A stretch of DNA of 64,000 bases from Candidatus Poribacteria bacterium (GCA_965242965.1 OZ251518.1:3264001-3328000); one strand, 5' to 3'. Counted from the first letter of the stretch, positions 1-10,055 are shown. Notes: a model not told the origin generated them from the sequence alone. Program-made: numbers and translations.

Positions 1-1
1 G

Positions 2-814
2 ATGTTCGGCGATGCGCTTGAACAAACCGTCGATGCGGAGCAGTGCCTTGTCGGCAATTGTGTCGCCGCTCCGAATGAGTTGTCCTGTCATCGGCCGCTG
101 GTTTGCATCGACAGGATACCATTTACCGCCCGTTTCATCGGTGAGTTCCGCTTGCACCTTTTCGCTGATGCCGATGAAATTGAGGTGGACGTTATTTTGC
201 TGGCACAAGGCGATGAGCTGCGCGGCAACCTTGTTTTTCGCCTTCGCTTCGGGCCACGAGGTGCGCATCCGTGAATTGCTCACCACGATGAACTGCGTGG
301 CGACATCCTCGCGGAAGTCGAATTCGTTCAAACCTTTCATGAGCGCGTCTAATCCGTGTCCGGAATTAACGTTATTACCGGATTCAACGCGCATTCGCCG
401 CAGCGCATCCTCAACGCCGAGGTAGTCTAACTGCCACTGATGCAGCGAGACTTGCGGTTCACCCTGCACCATTTGAAATTCGACGAGGGCAAAGCGGTAG
501 TCCATCGTTTTTGCTTCTATCACGCCGAGCATCGCCACAAGGTGCTTCTCTAGTGCCGCGATGATGCTGTTCATGCGCCAGCCGCCATCAACGACGAACA
601 CCACGTCCACTTTCGGATTTTCGGCGTATTGCATCGCACGCTTGGCGATATCCTTAAGGTTTTTGCCGATATCTACCGTGAACGTCTTCTCTTGTTTCGC
701 ATCGGGGTTCACCAGCATACGATGTCGCCGTCGGGGCGGCTGCACTTGTGCTGTCGCCGCCAGCGTTCCACCGATGAACAGGCTCACTGTGAACAGTAAA
801 ATCCAATGTTTCAT
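2..814 (-). CDS. Secreted VWA-domain protein (partial, runs off window start)
   Basis: Translated by hand (not in ORF track): ATG at 814 after AAGGGAGA RBS; signal peptide MKHWILLFTVSLFIGG; VWA-like DVVFVVDGG...YRFALVEF...GLDALMKGL...FIVVSNS...TGGKWY; open to window edge. Confidence 0.7.
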   Translation of the reverse strand, partial: MKHWILLFTVSLFIGGTLAATAQVQPPRRRHRMLVNPDAKQEKTFTVDIGKNLKDIAKRAMQYAENPKVDVVFVVDGGWRMNSIIAALEKHLVAMLGVIEAKTMDYRFALVEFQMVQGEPQVSLHQWQLDYLGVEDALRRMRVESGNNVNSGHGLDALMKGLNEFDFREDVATQFIVVSNSRMRTSWPEAKAKNKVAAQLIALCQQNNVHLNFIGISEKVQAELTDETGGKWYPVDANQRPMTGQLIRSGDTIADKALLRIDGLFKRIAEH

Positions 815-830
815 GAAGTCTCCCTTATGG

Positions 831-2387
831 CTAAAATTCCACCAAAAGCTGTGGAATGATTGCCGCGCTGCGCGTCGATTTTTCGACGTTGTTGATTTGG
901 TAAACGAGCCGTGCCAGCGCGCCCTCCGCAAAATGCCACGTCAATGCGCCACCGAGGGTTGTCCACACCTCATCTTCAGGTGTTCGGTTCAAAAATGTGC
1001 CATATTTTCCCGTGTTTGGATTCCATAGATCATATTTTAACCGAACATCTAGGGTTTCTGTCAACGGAATTTCGGCGTGCAGATAGTAACCTGTCACCGT
1101 TGCATCGCGTTCACCTATTTCATTCGGATTTGGCGCGTATTTTAAAAGTAGCGTATCGGTGCCGCGCGTCCACTCCGCCGCAATGTCCACTCGCCAGATT
1201 TTGAAATTTGTCGCCACGCCGACGCGGCGTTTATAGACGAGCGTTGATGGATTTACATCGCCGTTAACCGGATTGAAGGGATAGCTGTTGCCATCAAAGT
1301 AAGACGTGCCGAGCCAGATGCGCTTGCCTAAAAGCGACAGGCTTCCATTGAGATGGAGAAACACAGGCGGGCTGTTATTGCGAATCGGTTTCAAAACGCC
1401 ACCGCCACTCCCGTGCGGCCCGATGCGGATGCCGGATACGACAGTTCCATCTGTTACGGTGCGGAGTGAATCGGGGCCGTCCGCGAGGGACAGCACATAC
1501 GCGACAGGACCGACATAGCCGTTGAGTTGCATTCCCCGGTCGGAAATAAAACCGATATTCTTGCGGACGAGGTTATAGAGAGGGTTCGCGGCGGCATCCG
1601 ATTTGGTATCAATGCCGAAGGTGTGCCGAAATCGCCCTATTTTGAGCGACGCGCCCTTCGGTAAAACCGGCAGTCCTGTCAGAATGGCGTAAACGAACCC
1701 GTGGTCATCGGCAACCTGCGTTCCAAGCGGAGAAGTCGTCAGTAACTGCTCACCTAATACGCTGATATGTTCGCCGACACTCGTCGTCATGACGAATTCG
1801 GCGACGTGGATGAGCGTTGTGCCGGTGTGCCAGTTACCGCGGTCTGGCAGTAAATCTTGTCCACGCGTGATGCGGCGGATATCCAACGCGCCGCCGAAGA
1901 CAAGGTTTCCGAAGGCATCGCTGAGGAGACTCGCGCCGCCTGTATCTTCGCTATCCGCGGCCGGTTCGTCAAAACTAAATATATTTTCATCGTCAAATGC
2001 CACTTCATCGTCATCGTCAGATTCTTCGGCATCAGCGGCAGCCGGCTGCACGGTTTCGGGTGTGCTAGCGGCATCGCCTGGCTGGGCGCGAGCGACAATT
2101 TCCACGATATTGCTGAATCCGTCTTTATCAGAGTCCTCCTCTTCAATGCGAGTGAAGGTGGACATATTCATCCCGTTGTGTAGGAACGCCTTGCCGTAGG
2201 GGTTCGGTGCGTCGCCGCCTTTTTTCGAGAAATGGCAGACGTTGCACCCACCGGCCCATCCATATTTGGCGCGGAACATTTTGTAGAACGCCGGCAAAGC
2301 GGAGGTTTCAGAATATTCGGCGATGCCGCCACAGAAGAGGAAAGTTAAGAATAAAATTAAGATTGTTTTTCGCATAATGGTATCCAT
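831..2387 (-). CDS. Monoheme cytochrome c fused to outer-membrane beta-barrel (Cyc2-like architecture)
   Basis: Signal peptide; ALPAF...CNVCH...NPYGKAF heme motif; DSDKDGFSN Ca-loop; acidic linker; amphipathic beta-strands; C-terminal Phe (LLVEF). Confidence 0.7.
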   Translation of the reverse strand: MDTIMRKTILILFLTFLFCGGIAEYSETSALPAFYKMFRAKYGWAGGCNVCHFSKKGGDAPNPYGKAFLHNGMNMSTFTRIEEEDSDKDGFSNIVEIVARAQPGDAASTPETVQPAAADAEESDDDDEVAFDDENIFSFDEPAADSEDTGGASLLSDAFGNLVFGGALDIRRITRGQDLLPDRGNWHTGTTLIHVAEFVMTTSVGEHISVLGEQLLTTSPLGTQVADDHGFVYAILTGLPVLPKGASLKIGRFRHTFGIDTKSDAAANPLYNLVRKNIGFISDRGMQLNGYVGPVAYVLSLADGPDSLRTVTDGTVVSGIRIGPHGSGGGVLKPIRNNSPPVFLHLNGSLSLLGKRIWLGTSYFDGNSYPFNPVNGDVNPSTLVYKRRVGVATNFKIWRVDIAAEWTRGTDTLLLKYAPNPNEIGERDATVTGYYLHAEIPLTETLDVRLKYDLWNPNTGKYGTFLNRTPEDEVWTTLGGALTWHFAEGALARLVYQINNVEKSTRSAAIIPQLLVEF

Positions 2388-2433
2388 TTATCGTAGGGCA
2401 AGGGACGAGCCCTCACCCTATCAAACGCGAGGT

Positions 2434-3426
2434 TTAATATGCCTCCAGTTCGATCTCCTTCCCACTAAACCGGTGGTGCGCCTGATTGACGAGCTCCTCA
2501 ATAGTTTCCCACTGCGCGCGCGTCTCATCGGAAATGCCCTCTTTTTCTAGGGCATCAGCGAACTGCGTAAGCGTCTCGACAAACTCCCCCTGCAAGGCGG
2601 CGTATGCCTCTGTCTGTTCAGTGTTCGCTGGCGGTTCAAAATCCGCGATACGCTTCGCGTAGGTAACCAACTGCTCGGCGGCAGCGACGGCTTTCGCCTT
2701 GTCCTCGCCTGCGTCAAAGTAGTCGGCAATCTCAAGATAGGCATCCAGCATCAACATCATGAGTTCACCCAGGTCTTCGATTTCCGGTGGTGCGGTATCG
2801 GGAGCAGGAGTCTTTCCCGATGCATCGGGAGCCGAGGACTCTTTTACCGGCTTCGGTTTCCGTTTGAGGAAGAGGGCGTAACTCATCGCCAGCGTCTTTT
2901 TCGGGAGCAAGGCGACTGCTTCCGATGCGGCCTCGTGTCCTTCAACGGCTGTCACATCCTCGCCGATACTGAAAGGGCTATCAATATCCATGCCGATAAA
3001 CTGTTCCAGGAACTTATCTGCTGTGATAGCATCCGATTCATTGTGGTTGTAAACCTTAACCTTCACCACTTTGCCTTTCATGTCCAGTCCGACTGCGCCG
3101 TCAATAACGCCCCGCGGTCCTTGCACATCAACGAACAGCACCAGTCCCATCGGTTTCTTTTTTTCGTTCATTGGGATGTAGAAAATCGGCTTCTGGTCTT
3201 CGGCGCGAAGCTTAGTGCCTAATTCCTTCTCAACGGCGGCACTCTTCGCCGGGGTAAGCACGGCACTCCGTTGAACGAATTTCTTCGCCTTCGGGAAGAT
3301 AGATGCGAGTTTCTGCCCCGGCCATTCTGTTTCATGCGCCGTGGCGCGCGGGGAAAGCGCGATGCCGAGAAGTAGTAGCACGAGAAGCGTGCCCGTGCTA
3401 GCGGCGCGATAAATTCGAGAAAACAT
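2434..3426 (-). CDS. Exported FMN-binding-domain-like protein with C-terminal four-helix (cytochrome b562/c'-like) domain
   Basis: ATG 3426 after AAAGGA; signal peptide; GPRGVIDGAVGLDMKGKVVKVKV...FLEQFIG pattern of FMN_bind; helical C-terminus ending LVNQAHHRF. Confidence 0.6.
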   Translation of the reverse strand: MFSRIYRAASTGTLLVLLLLGIALSPRATAHETEWPGQKLASIFPKAKKFVQRSAVLTPAKSAAVEKELGTKLRAEDQKPIFYIPMNEKKKPMGLVLFVDVQGPRGVIDGAVGLDMKGKVVKVKVYNHNESDAITADKFLEQFIGMDIDSPFSIGEDVTAVEGHEAASEAVALLPKKTLAMSYALFLKRKPKPVKESSAPDASGKTPAPDTAPPEIEDLGELMMLMLDAYLEIADYFDAGEDKAKAVAAAEQLVTYAKRIADFEPPANTEQTEAYAALQGEFVETLTQFADALEKEGISDETRAQWETIEELVNQAHHRFSGKEIELEAY

Positions 3427-3553
3427 CTGTAATTTCCTTTTGAGTGATTCACCCCGGAGGCGCGCTTGCAAAGCGCGCCTACCGGAGAGATTCTACATAG
3501 CAATGTCCGCTGCGGCGTTTTTGTTCCTTACTACGCCGCGCGAACGACAAAAA

Positions 3554-4561
3554 TTATTCCACTTCAACCATGAAACTCAGCCAGATAATCCTATCTTCAT
3601 GCTTGAGTTGTCCGAAGATTTGGTAAATGCCGGACTGCGGAAACGTTGTCATCAGATTCACGGTGGGCCCGAATGTATCGGGCAGCGTCCCGTGGTGCTC
3701 GTGGCCGCTGGAAGCGGGCTTCTGATGTGCTGCATGTTCGTTATGCTGCATCATTTTATGGCCCGCGTGCGGGTCTGGCACGATGCCGTGTGTATGGATA
3801 ACACCGTCCAAGCGCGAGCTCACAATTGCGAAGTGCATCGGCGCATCCAAAAACGGCACCAGGTCTTTGAGCGGTTTCCCATCGCGCGAAAAATGGTAGG
3901 CGATGTGAACCGTCTCACCCGCTTGAATCCGGTCGGGTGCATCCATTTTAACGTGATACACTGCATCGGAATTACCGTCGGTTAACGATACCGCTTTTGT
4001 GTACCGGTCACCGCCTTCATCGGTATAACCGAAAACCTGCTTTTCTGTCCGAAAATCGCTTGCCATTTCAGCCATTTTCAGTTCGCCAGTGACATTGACG
4101 TAGACATATTTGGCGAATTCTGCGTCCGCTGTCATCACGTCAACGGCGAGGATGTAGCGGCCGGCGGCAGGGAACGTGAAGTAGACGGTATAGCGTCCGT
4201 CCAGTTCGTCCATCAAGTCGCGAGTTTCAAAATCTTCGGGGTGAACGTGCCCGATGATACCTAAATTCTCGCTGACGATGAGGACATGGAGCACCCGCGC
4301 GTGATGCACCATCAGGTCTGTGACAGGTTCGCCGTTTGCATCGGTGAGGTGGAACGTGAGTTTCGTGGACGTTCCAACCTGAGCAATTTCCGGTTCGCTG
4401 TGCAGCATGACATTGATGGCCGCGGCTGTATCAGCCTGATGTGCGCGGTGCGCGTCGTGGCCCGCGTGTTCTTCGGCGAAACTCATCCCGATGAGGGAGA
4501 GAAAGCCGAGGGTGACTATCGCCAACACGGCGATAGCGTTCTTGGTTTTTCTGGGTTGCAT
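3554..4561 (-). CDS. His-rich exported heavy-metal-binding protein (duplicated YtkA-like Ig domains)
   Basis: ATG 4561 after GGAGG; signal peptide; repeated HVLIVS...HVHP / MHFAIVS...HTH and TFP..G.Y motifs; His-rich segments. Confidence 0.7.
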   Translation of the reverse strand: MQPRKTKNAIAVLAIVTLGFLSLIGMSFAEEHAGHDAHRAHQADTAAAINVMLHSEPEIAQVGTSTKLTFHLTDANGEPVTDLMVHHARVLHVLIVSENLGIIGHVHPEDFETRDLMDELDGRYTVYFTFPAAGRYILAVDVMTADAEFAKYVYVNVTGELKMAEMASDFRTEKQVFGYTDEGGDRYTKAVSLTDGNSDAVYHVKMDAPDRIQAGETVHIAYHFSRDGKPLKDLVPFLDAPMHFAIVSSRLDGVIHTHGIVPDPHAGHKMMQHNEHAAHQKPASSGHEHHGTLPDTFGPTVNLMTTFPQSGIYQIFGQLKHEDRIIWLSFMVEVE

Positions 4562-4748
4562 TGTTATTGCCTCCGTTCTGTTTAACCCGTTTAATTCATA
4601 AGGATTTACGCATGACAAACCCGGTAGGTATGCCCCTACGGAATGGGAATTTACGTAAGTCCTATCTATTAAAAGTTGCGCGCGAGTTCCATAGCACGAG
4701 GAACCCGTGCGTAAAAAGAGAAAGAGAAGCGCGCGGAAAAAGCGCGAC

Positions 4749-5162
4749 TTAACAACGGGTAAACGGCGGCCCCCGGCGGGATAGGGAGTAACTCGGGGGG
4801 GCAGGATATAGGATATGAGGCGGCAATGGGAGTGCGCGAGAAATCTGCGGCACAACCGGCGCAATCACGGTATCGCGCTCGCTGAGCATGCCTGTCGGAT
4901 TGAGAGGCAGTTCGTGCCTATTGAAGGTATCATCTGCTGGAAAAACCAGTTTCAGTTCGATGATGCAGCACAACTCGCCATTTTCGGGTGGCGTTTCAGA
5001 TTCCGCTGCTGCTTCAGTCTTTTGGCAGCAAGCGGCTTGCGCCTCTGTCTGCTCGCTGTGGCACAACTTCTGTTCCAAAGTTGCACAGAGAAGCGGGCAG
5101 ACGGTATAGACGTAGACGATGCCCATGATGACGATGAAAAACTGCCGGTGTTTTCGTAACAT
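4749..5162 (-). CDS. Cys-rich DUF2946-like leader protein ending in RGPP (putative arrest peptide)
   Basis: N-terminal hydrophobic segment, CPLLC/CC/CC cysteines, Pro-rich tail ...SLSRRGPP. Confidence 0.65.
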   Translation of the reverse strand: MLRKHRQFFIVIMGIVYVYTVCPLLCATLEQKLCHSEQTEAQAACCQKTEAAAESETPPENGELCCIIELKLVFPADDTFNRHELPLNPTGMLSERDTVIAPVVPQISRALPLPPHILYPAPPSYSLSRRGPPFTRC

Positions 5163-5332
5163 TGCTCCACAAACCTCAAAGCGAAGGAAAAATTGAACTT
5201 ACAAAGATATTATACACCATAACTCGCAAAAAGTTGCAAAAAAAATATGTCTATAAAAAAGTTTGCTTAATTTGCGGATTTGTGTTAAGATAAAAGACGA
5301 AGTCAGATCAGAAACCTAGCGATACTGAAAGT

Positions 5333-5608
5333 ATGAAGACAGAACCAATCCAACTCCAATTCTACACGAAGCCGGATTGCCCGCTGTGTGATGAGGCGAA
5401 ATCAGTGTTGGAAAGCCTCGTGGCGAAGGCACCGAGGTTTGAGGTTGAAGATATTGACATCACCCGGAATCTTGGGTTGTTTACGAAGTATAAAAATCTG
5501 ATTCCGGTTCTTGAGATGGATGGGAAGCGACTTTTCGTCCATCGGATCGGGCGGCGGCAGTTGCTGCTGCAGTTGCGCTGGCACCGGTTACGGAAATACT
5601 TAACCTGA
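5333..5608 (+). CDS. Glutaredoxin-like protein (DUF836)
   Basis: FYTKPDCPLCDEAK...DI...IPVL motif. Confidence 0.85.
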   Translation: MKTEPIQLQFYTKPDCPLCDEAKSVLESLVAKAPRFEVEDIDITRNLGLFTKYKNLIPVLEMDGKRLFVHRIGRRQLLLQLRWHRLRKYLT

Positions 5609-5768
5609 GGGTGTTTCATATCTCAATGGCTTCCTGGTAGGAGAGCCCTCCCGGTCTCGATGCCCACCGTATCGGGACAAGGATGTCCCTCCTACCGGAA
5701 GGCACCGGGCCACCTCGTAGCGCGGGGGCCTGTCCCCCGCGACGTTGAGCGATTTATGAAACACCCTC
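5607..5768. mobile_element. MITE-like element, TIR GAGGGTGTTTCATA, 9-bp TSD ACTTAACCT
   Basis: Perfect 14-bp TIRs; direct repeat at 5598-5606 and 5769-5777; GTAG hairpin cargo. Confidence 0.85.
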
Positions 5769-5900
5769 ACTTAACCTAAATCCGTCTGAGGCTCTTTTCC
5801 ACCGAGAGTCCCGATAGGTGACGCATATCGGGACCAGGAAATGTCTCCGAGTCAGGAGATTCAATGTTCCTCGGGGCGGATGAAATGAAAGGAGATTGTA

Positions 5901-6275
5901 ATGCAGGATTATCCTTATCCAGAGTCCAAAGCGGTGCGGGGTATCGGCGGTAGCATTTTTCTGACGTTTATTACTTTCGGTATTTACATGCTCTATTGGC
6001 AGGGCAAGCAGATAGCGATGCTCAATGCGTGGTTGGGAAGAAAGGAGTTTTCCTTAAAGAGGTGGTTCTTCTTCTCGATGTTCACCATCGGCATCTACGC
6101 GCTCTTCCACGCGTATAAGACGGCGAGTGGCATCAACCAGGTTCGCGCGGACAACGGGCTGTGGGTAGATGCGAGTTTGCCGGCAGCCTGTATTTTGATG
6201 ACGATTTTTGGGTTCGGCATCTCTTCAATCGCAATCCAGCAAGGCTGGATTAACCGAATCTATAAGGGACTGTAA
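5901..6275 (+). CDS. DUF4234-like small membrane protein
   Basis: Repeated ITFGIY..YW / FTIGIY motifs, AAGGAG RBS. Confidence 0.75.
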   Translation: MQDYPYPESKAVRGIGGSIFLTFITFGIYMLYWQGKQIAMLNAWLGRKEFSLKRWFFFSMFTIGIYALFHAYKTASGINQVRADNGLWVDASLPAACILMTIFGFGISSIAIQQGWINRIYKGL

Positions 6276-6462
6276 TGCTGCGGCTTCACCCGCTCGTATG
6301 AACGCCCGCCGTATGGCTGGACAAGGTATGGAAAGCCTTGTAGTCCCAAATTACGTTAAGGCATCTCGTCTCTGCCGGGCAAAGTTGACTGATTTGCATC
6401 GGCAGCGATGGGTGCTATCTGAAAAATTGTAAGCGCGGCCTCGCGGTCGCGAAAGGAGAAAT

Positions 6463-7518
6463 ATGAAAACTTTTTGTGCTCTGAAGACATATCTTTTTTT
6501 GGCGTTGGCATTCTTGCCCTTCTGTGGGTGCGACTCTATCCAGGAGACTATCCTCTCTGATTTGCCAACCGAAGCGGATACCGCGCCGCTGCGCGTGACT
6601 GTCGTTTATCCGGGCGATTGCCTCGATGACAATTCTTACTGCGCTGGCATCCATAGCGGTGCCAAGCGCGCCGAAGCGGAACTCGGCATTCAACTCACCG
6701 AAGTCCTCGGAATGGACGGCGATGATTCTTTGTTAGATGCGCAATTGCGTGAAGCCGCGCAAAGTTCGGACATGGTGTTAACGGCGGGCTACCAAACCGG
6801 TGCGCCGCTCACGCGCGTGGCACCGGAATTTCCTGAAATGAAGTTCGCGATTGTCGACGTTGTGCTGGAGGAACCGAATGTCGTCTCTATCAACTATAAG
6901 GCAAACGAAGGCTCTTTCCTCGTCGGGGCTATTGCGGCGTTAAAATCGGAGTCAGGAAAAATCGGCTATATAGGCGGCGCGGATGTGCCGTTGTTGCACG
7001 GATTTGAGGCAGGCTACGTCGCAGGTGTCCAAGCAATCAATCCCGAAGCCGCGCTGTCGATAGAATACATCAGCCTGAATTCAGACGGATTTAGGCAGCC
7101 GGAAAAGGCGACAGAGTTAGCGTTAGCTCAATACGCAAACGGTGTTGATGTCATTTACGCTGTCGCCGGCGGTGCCGGGCTCGGCGTGATTGAAGCCGCC
7201 AAAAGTGCGGAAAAATATGTGATTTGGGTTGACTCCAACGGCAACCATCTCATCCCCGGATTCGTCTTGACGAGCATGGTAAAGCAGATTGGCGATTCGG
7301 TGTTTCAGGTGCTCCGTGAAGCCACCGAAGGCAATGTGACGATGGGCGTGCGATACCTCGGGCTTGCCGATGGCGGCGTTGACTATACCGTTGACGAACA
7401 CAACCAACCCGTGCTCTCTGACGAGATTTTAACCACCGTTGAAGGGTTAAAGGCGCAGATTGTTTCGGGGGAAATCGTCGTCCCTGACTCTGTCTCCCTT
7501 CCACGCACCACTGAATAG
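6463..7518 (+). CDS. BMP-family ABC transporter substrate-binding lipoprotein
   Basis: Lipobox; EGSFLVGAIAA, KIGYIGG, GVDVIYAVAGGAGLG, WVDS motifs. Confidence 0.9.
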   Translation: MKTFCALKTYLFLALAFLPFCGCDSIQETILSDLPTEADTAPLRVTVVYPGDCLDDNSYCAGIHSGAKRAEAELGIQLTEVLGMDGDDSLLDAQLREAAQSSDMVLTAGYQTGAPLTRVAPEFPEMKFAIVDVVLEEPNVVSINYKANEGSFLVGAIAALKSESGKIGYIGGADVPLLHGFEAGYVAGVQAINPEAALSIEYISLNSDGFRQPEKATELALAQYANGVDVIYAVAGGAGLGVIEAAKSAEKYVIWVDSNGNHLIPGFVLTSMVKQIGDSVFQVLREATEGNVTMGVRYLGLADGGVDYTVDEHNQPVLSDEILTTVEGLKAQIVSGEIVVPDSVSLPRTTE

Positions 7519-7527
7519 TTCTGTGTC

Positions 7528-7622
7528 CGGGCGGATATAAAAACATCCGTCCGGATTCGAGACCGGGAGGTCTCTCCTACTGGGACATCGCGTCTGGGCG
7601 GATATAAAAACATCCGCCCGGA
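7528..7622. repeat. Paired GGGCGGATATAAAAACATCCG(T/C)CC hairpins flanking a GTAG module
   Basis: Two near-identical palindromes around GAGACCGGGAGGTCTCTCCTAC. Confidence 0.65.
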
Positions 7623-7681
7623 TGCCATTAATTTTCTTCGATTTTCTTCATCTTCATCAAATCTTGGCTACGGAAAAAACG

Positions 7682-8500
7682 ATGCTACACTACCCTCAGG
7701 AACATTGGTATACCCTCACGATAATGGGCATCCCCGCCGGTTATATCTACGCTGTCGTTGAGCAAGTGGATTATCGCGGAGCGGCAGCCATTCGGAGCCA
7801 AACCGAGTGGGTAGTCCGCTTTCAGGTGCCTGCGAACGTCAGTGCAGCAGGCGTGAACCGCGAAGTCACCCACACTGAATACACCGGTTTAGATTTAACC
7901 TTGCGCCACTCTGTCAAAACGGAGACGCGGAAAAACCTGTTTGAGGAGATAGAAGTGGACGTTGTGGATGGGGTTGCGCATGCCAAGCGCACCACATCGG
8001 ACAGGACATCTCGTGGGAGGGGCGGTTCCGCCAAAACCACTGCCACTGAAGTCGCTGTGCCGCCAACTCTTTTTTCGCTTTGCTTGCCAACCGGGATAAG
8101 CGAGTTGCTCAGCCAATATCCACTCGGTGTCGGTGAGAAACACGACTATCACATTTTTGATGTGAAGTCGTTTGTGCCTATTAGAACCGAGTTGCACTTT
8201 GTAGCGGAAGAAACCCGCGCCGATTTGGCGCAGGCAGGCCAGCTCCGTGTCTTTGATGTCGTGCAATCTGTTGCGAAGCGGAAGAAAAAACAGCACTCCT
8301 CACGCGTGTGGGTTGCCGCCGACGGTATCACGAGTCGGCTTGAGATGAATACGGGTATAAAAGGGGTTGTGATGCGTGGCAATAAGCGAACGGCACTGCG
8401 TTCAGCAGGCGTGAAAAAGCGCGTGCCTCTGCATCGCTTTAGTTCTGATGGTGAAAAGACGCGCGGCAAACGTCCGCATCGTCCTCGGAAACGTCGTTGA
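7682..8500 (+). CDS. Hypothetical beta-rich protein with basic C-terminal tail
   Basis: Long ORF, EHWYTLTIMGIPAGY start; start codon uncertain. Confidence 0.55.
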   Translation: MLHYPQEHWYTLTIMGIPAGYIYAVVEQVDYRGAAAIRSQTEWVVRFQVPANVSAAGVNREVTHTEYTGLDLTLRHSVKTETRKNLFEEIEVDVVDGVAHAKRTTSDRTSRGRGGSAKTTATEVAVPPTLFSLCLPTGISELLSQYPLGVGEKHDYHIFDVKSFVPIRTELHFVAEETRADLAQAGQLRVFDVVQSVAKRKKKQHSSRVWVAADGITSRLEMNTGIKGVVMRGNKRTALRSAGVKKRVPLHRFSSDGEKTRGKRPHRPRKRR

Positions 8501-8516
8501 GTTTAGGTTAATAACT

Positions 8517-8963
8517 GAGGGTGTTTCATAAATCGCTCAACGTCGCGGTGATAGGCCCCGCGCTACGGTGAAAAAAAACGCCACCCCTTCACGTAGGGCG
8601 AGGGCCTATCCCTCGCCATGCTGCGCTCTACCGGACATTCGCGGGGGAAACCCTCTCGGATGCGCGTATGGCATCCGAGGGGCCCCGCGCTACGGTAACG
8701 TGAGGTGTTCTTGGCAGCAGCACGGCCGCCTTCATCGTAAGGCGAGGGCCTGTCCCTCGCCGTGCACAGGTCTATCAAAAACCTCTTTTAGGTCCGTAGG
8801 ACCTGAATGTCTATAGAAAAACGTGCCGCACCCTATCAAGGTCCGTAGGACCTTAATAAGGTTTATAGTGTTGTTGCATCGAGACCGGGAGGTCTCTCCT
8901 ACGGTGAGCAATCGAGACCAGGAGGTCTCTCCTACCGGACACATCGAAATATGAAACACCCTG
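8517..8963. mobile_element. MITE-like element, 12-bp TSD AGGTTAATAACT
   Basis: GAGGGTGTTTCATA...TATGAAACACCCTG; direct repeat 8505-8516 / 8964-8975. Confidence 0.85.
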
Positions 8964-8966
8964 AGG

Positions 8967-9932
8967 TTAATAACTCCGCAGGATAGTCCCGTTCGCGCCG
9001 ACGAGCCACCCTGCATTTTTGGCGAGATAGATGTCCTGCAAATTGTGTTGCGTCGGCGAAGGGTAACGGTTCCATGTCGTGCCGCCATCGGTAGTGTGCA
9101 AGATAAGTCCCTTCTCACCGACTGCCCACCCCGTCGTCTCATTGTGAAACGCCACATCGCGCAGGTGCTGTTTCAGGGGATTCTTTTGCCGATGCCACGC
9201 CTGGCCACCATCGGTAGTATGAAGAATCAACCCATTCGTTCCGACAATCCATCCGTGCTTTAGGGTTGCGAAATGGACAGCGAATAGCGGCTGCTCAACA
9301 CCACTTTGCTGTGGAATCCACTGCTTGCCGCGGTTTTTCGTCCAAAGCACCTCTCCCTCTTCGCCGACAATCCACCCGTGCTGGTTGTCAACGAAATGAA
9401 CTCCCCACAGGTGTTTTTCGGAGGGGCTCCGCTGATGTTCCCATCGGATGCCGCCGGTTTCCGTATGGAGAATCGTGCCTTTCCCACCGACTGCCCATCC
9501 CTCCGTTGTGCTGACGAAATGCAAATCGAGAAGCCCATGCTTTGTGTTTGCACCTTGTGCATTCCACGAAATGCCACCGCTACCGGTATAAAGCACCGTC
9601 CCAATGCTGGTAAGCCAGCCGTTGTTCGGCGTTGTGAAGTGCACCTGCGTCAGCGCGCTTTTTGCAATGGAGGTGGATGCCCAGTTCGTCCCACCGTCCT
9701 CGGTGGATAAGACAACGCCATCCGTGCCGACTGCCCATCCGCGATTCGCATCGACGAAGTGTACCCCATAGAGATGCGCTTCTGTACCGCTTGATAGTTG
9801 TTTCCACTCAAATTGCACCGCATCTTCGGAGCAACCGAGGAACGCGATGCTGCCGCATAAGATTATGAGTGCAAGTCGGAACGATTGCCTGAGTGCGACT
9901 TTCCTTTGAAAGCCGATTTTTAATGTCGCCAT
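8967..9932 (-). CDS. YCF48-like / BNR-repeat beta-propeller lipoprotein
   Basis: Repeats L.xVHF....GW.VG..G.IL.T.DGG..W; lipobox FLGC. Confidence 0.9.
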   Translation of the reverse strand: MATLKIGFQRKVALRQSFRLALIILCGSIAFLGCSEDAVQFEWKQLSSGTEAHLYGVHFVDANRGWAVGTDGVVLSTEDGGTNWASTSIAKSALTQVHFTTPNNGWLTSIGTVLYTGSGGISWNAQGANTKHGLLDLHFVSTTEGWAVGGKGTILHTETGGIRWEHQRSPSEKHLWGVHFVDNQHGWIVGEEGEVLWTKNRGKQWIPQQSGVEQPLFAVHFATLKHGWIVGTNGLILHTTDGGQAWHRQKNPLKQHLRDVAFHNETTGWAVGEKGLILHTTDGGTTWNRYPSPTQHNLQDIYLAKNAGWLVGANGTILRSY

Positions 9933-9988
9933 TTCGCTGTGCCTCCACAAATTGGGTTGCATTTGTTTCCGCTGTTATGATAAACTAT

Positions 9989-10055
9989 ATGATAACGGAA
10001 AGCCAATAAATTGTCAAGCATTGTGTTTGACAAAGAACCTGTGAAAGGGTATAAT
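9989..10055. promoter_or_regulatory. Divergent sigma70 promoters
   Basis: + strand TTGACA(10027)-17bp-TATAAT(10050); - strand TTGACA(10017)-17bp-TATCAT. Confidence 0.75.

Noticed and set aside
831-2387. Claim that the organism oxidises iron
   Set aside because: The architecture resembles Cyc2, but the motif is divergent and no function can be read from sequence
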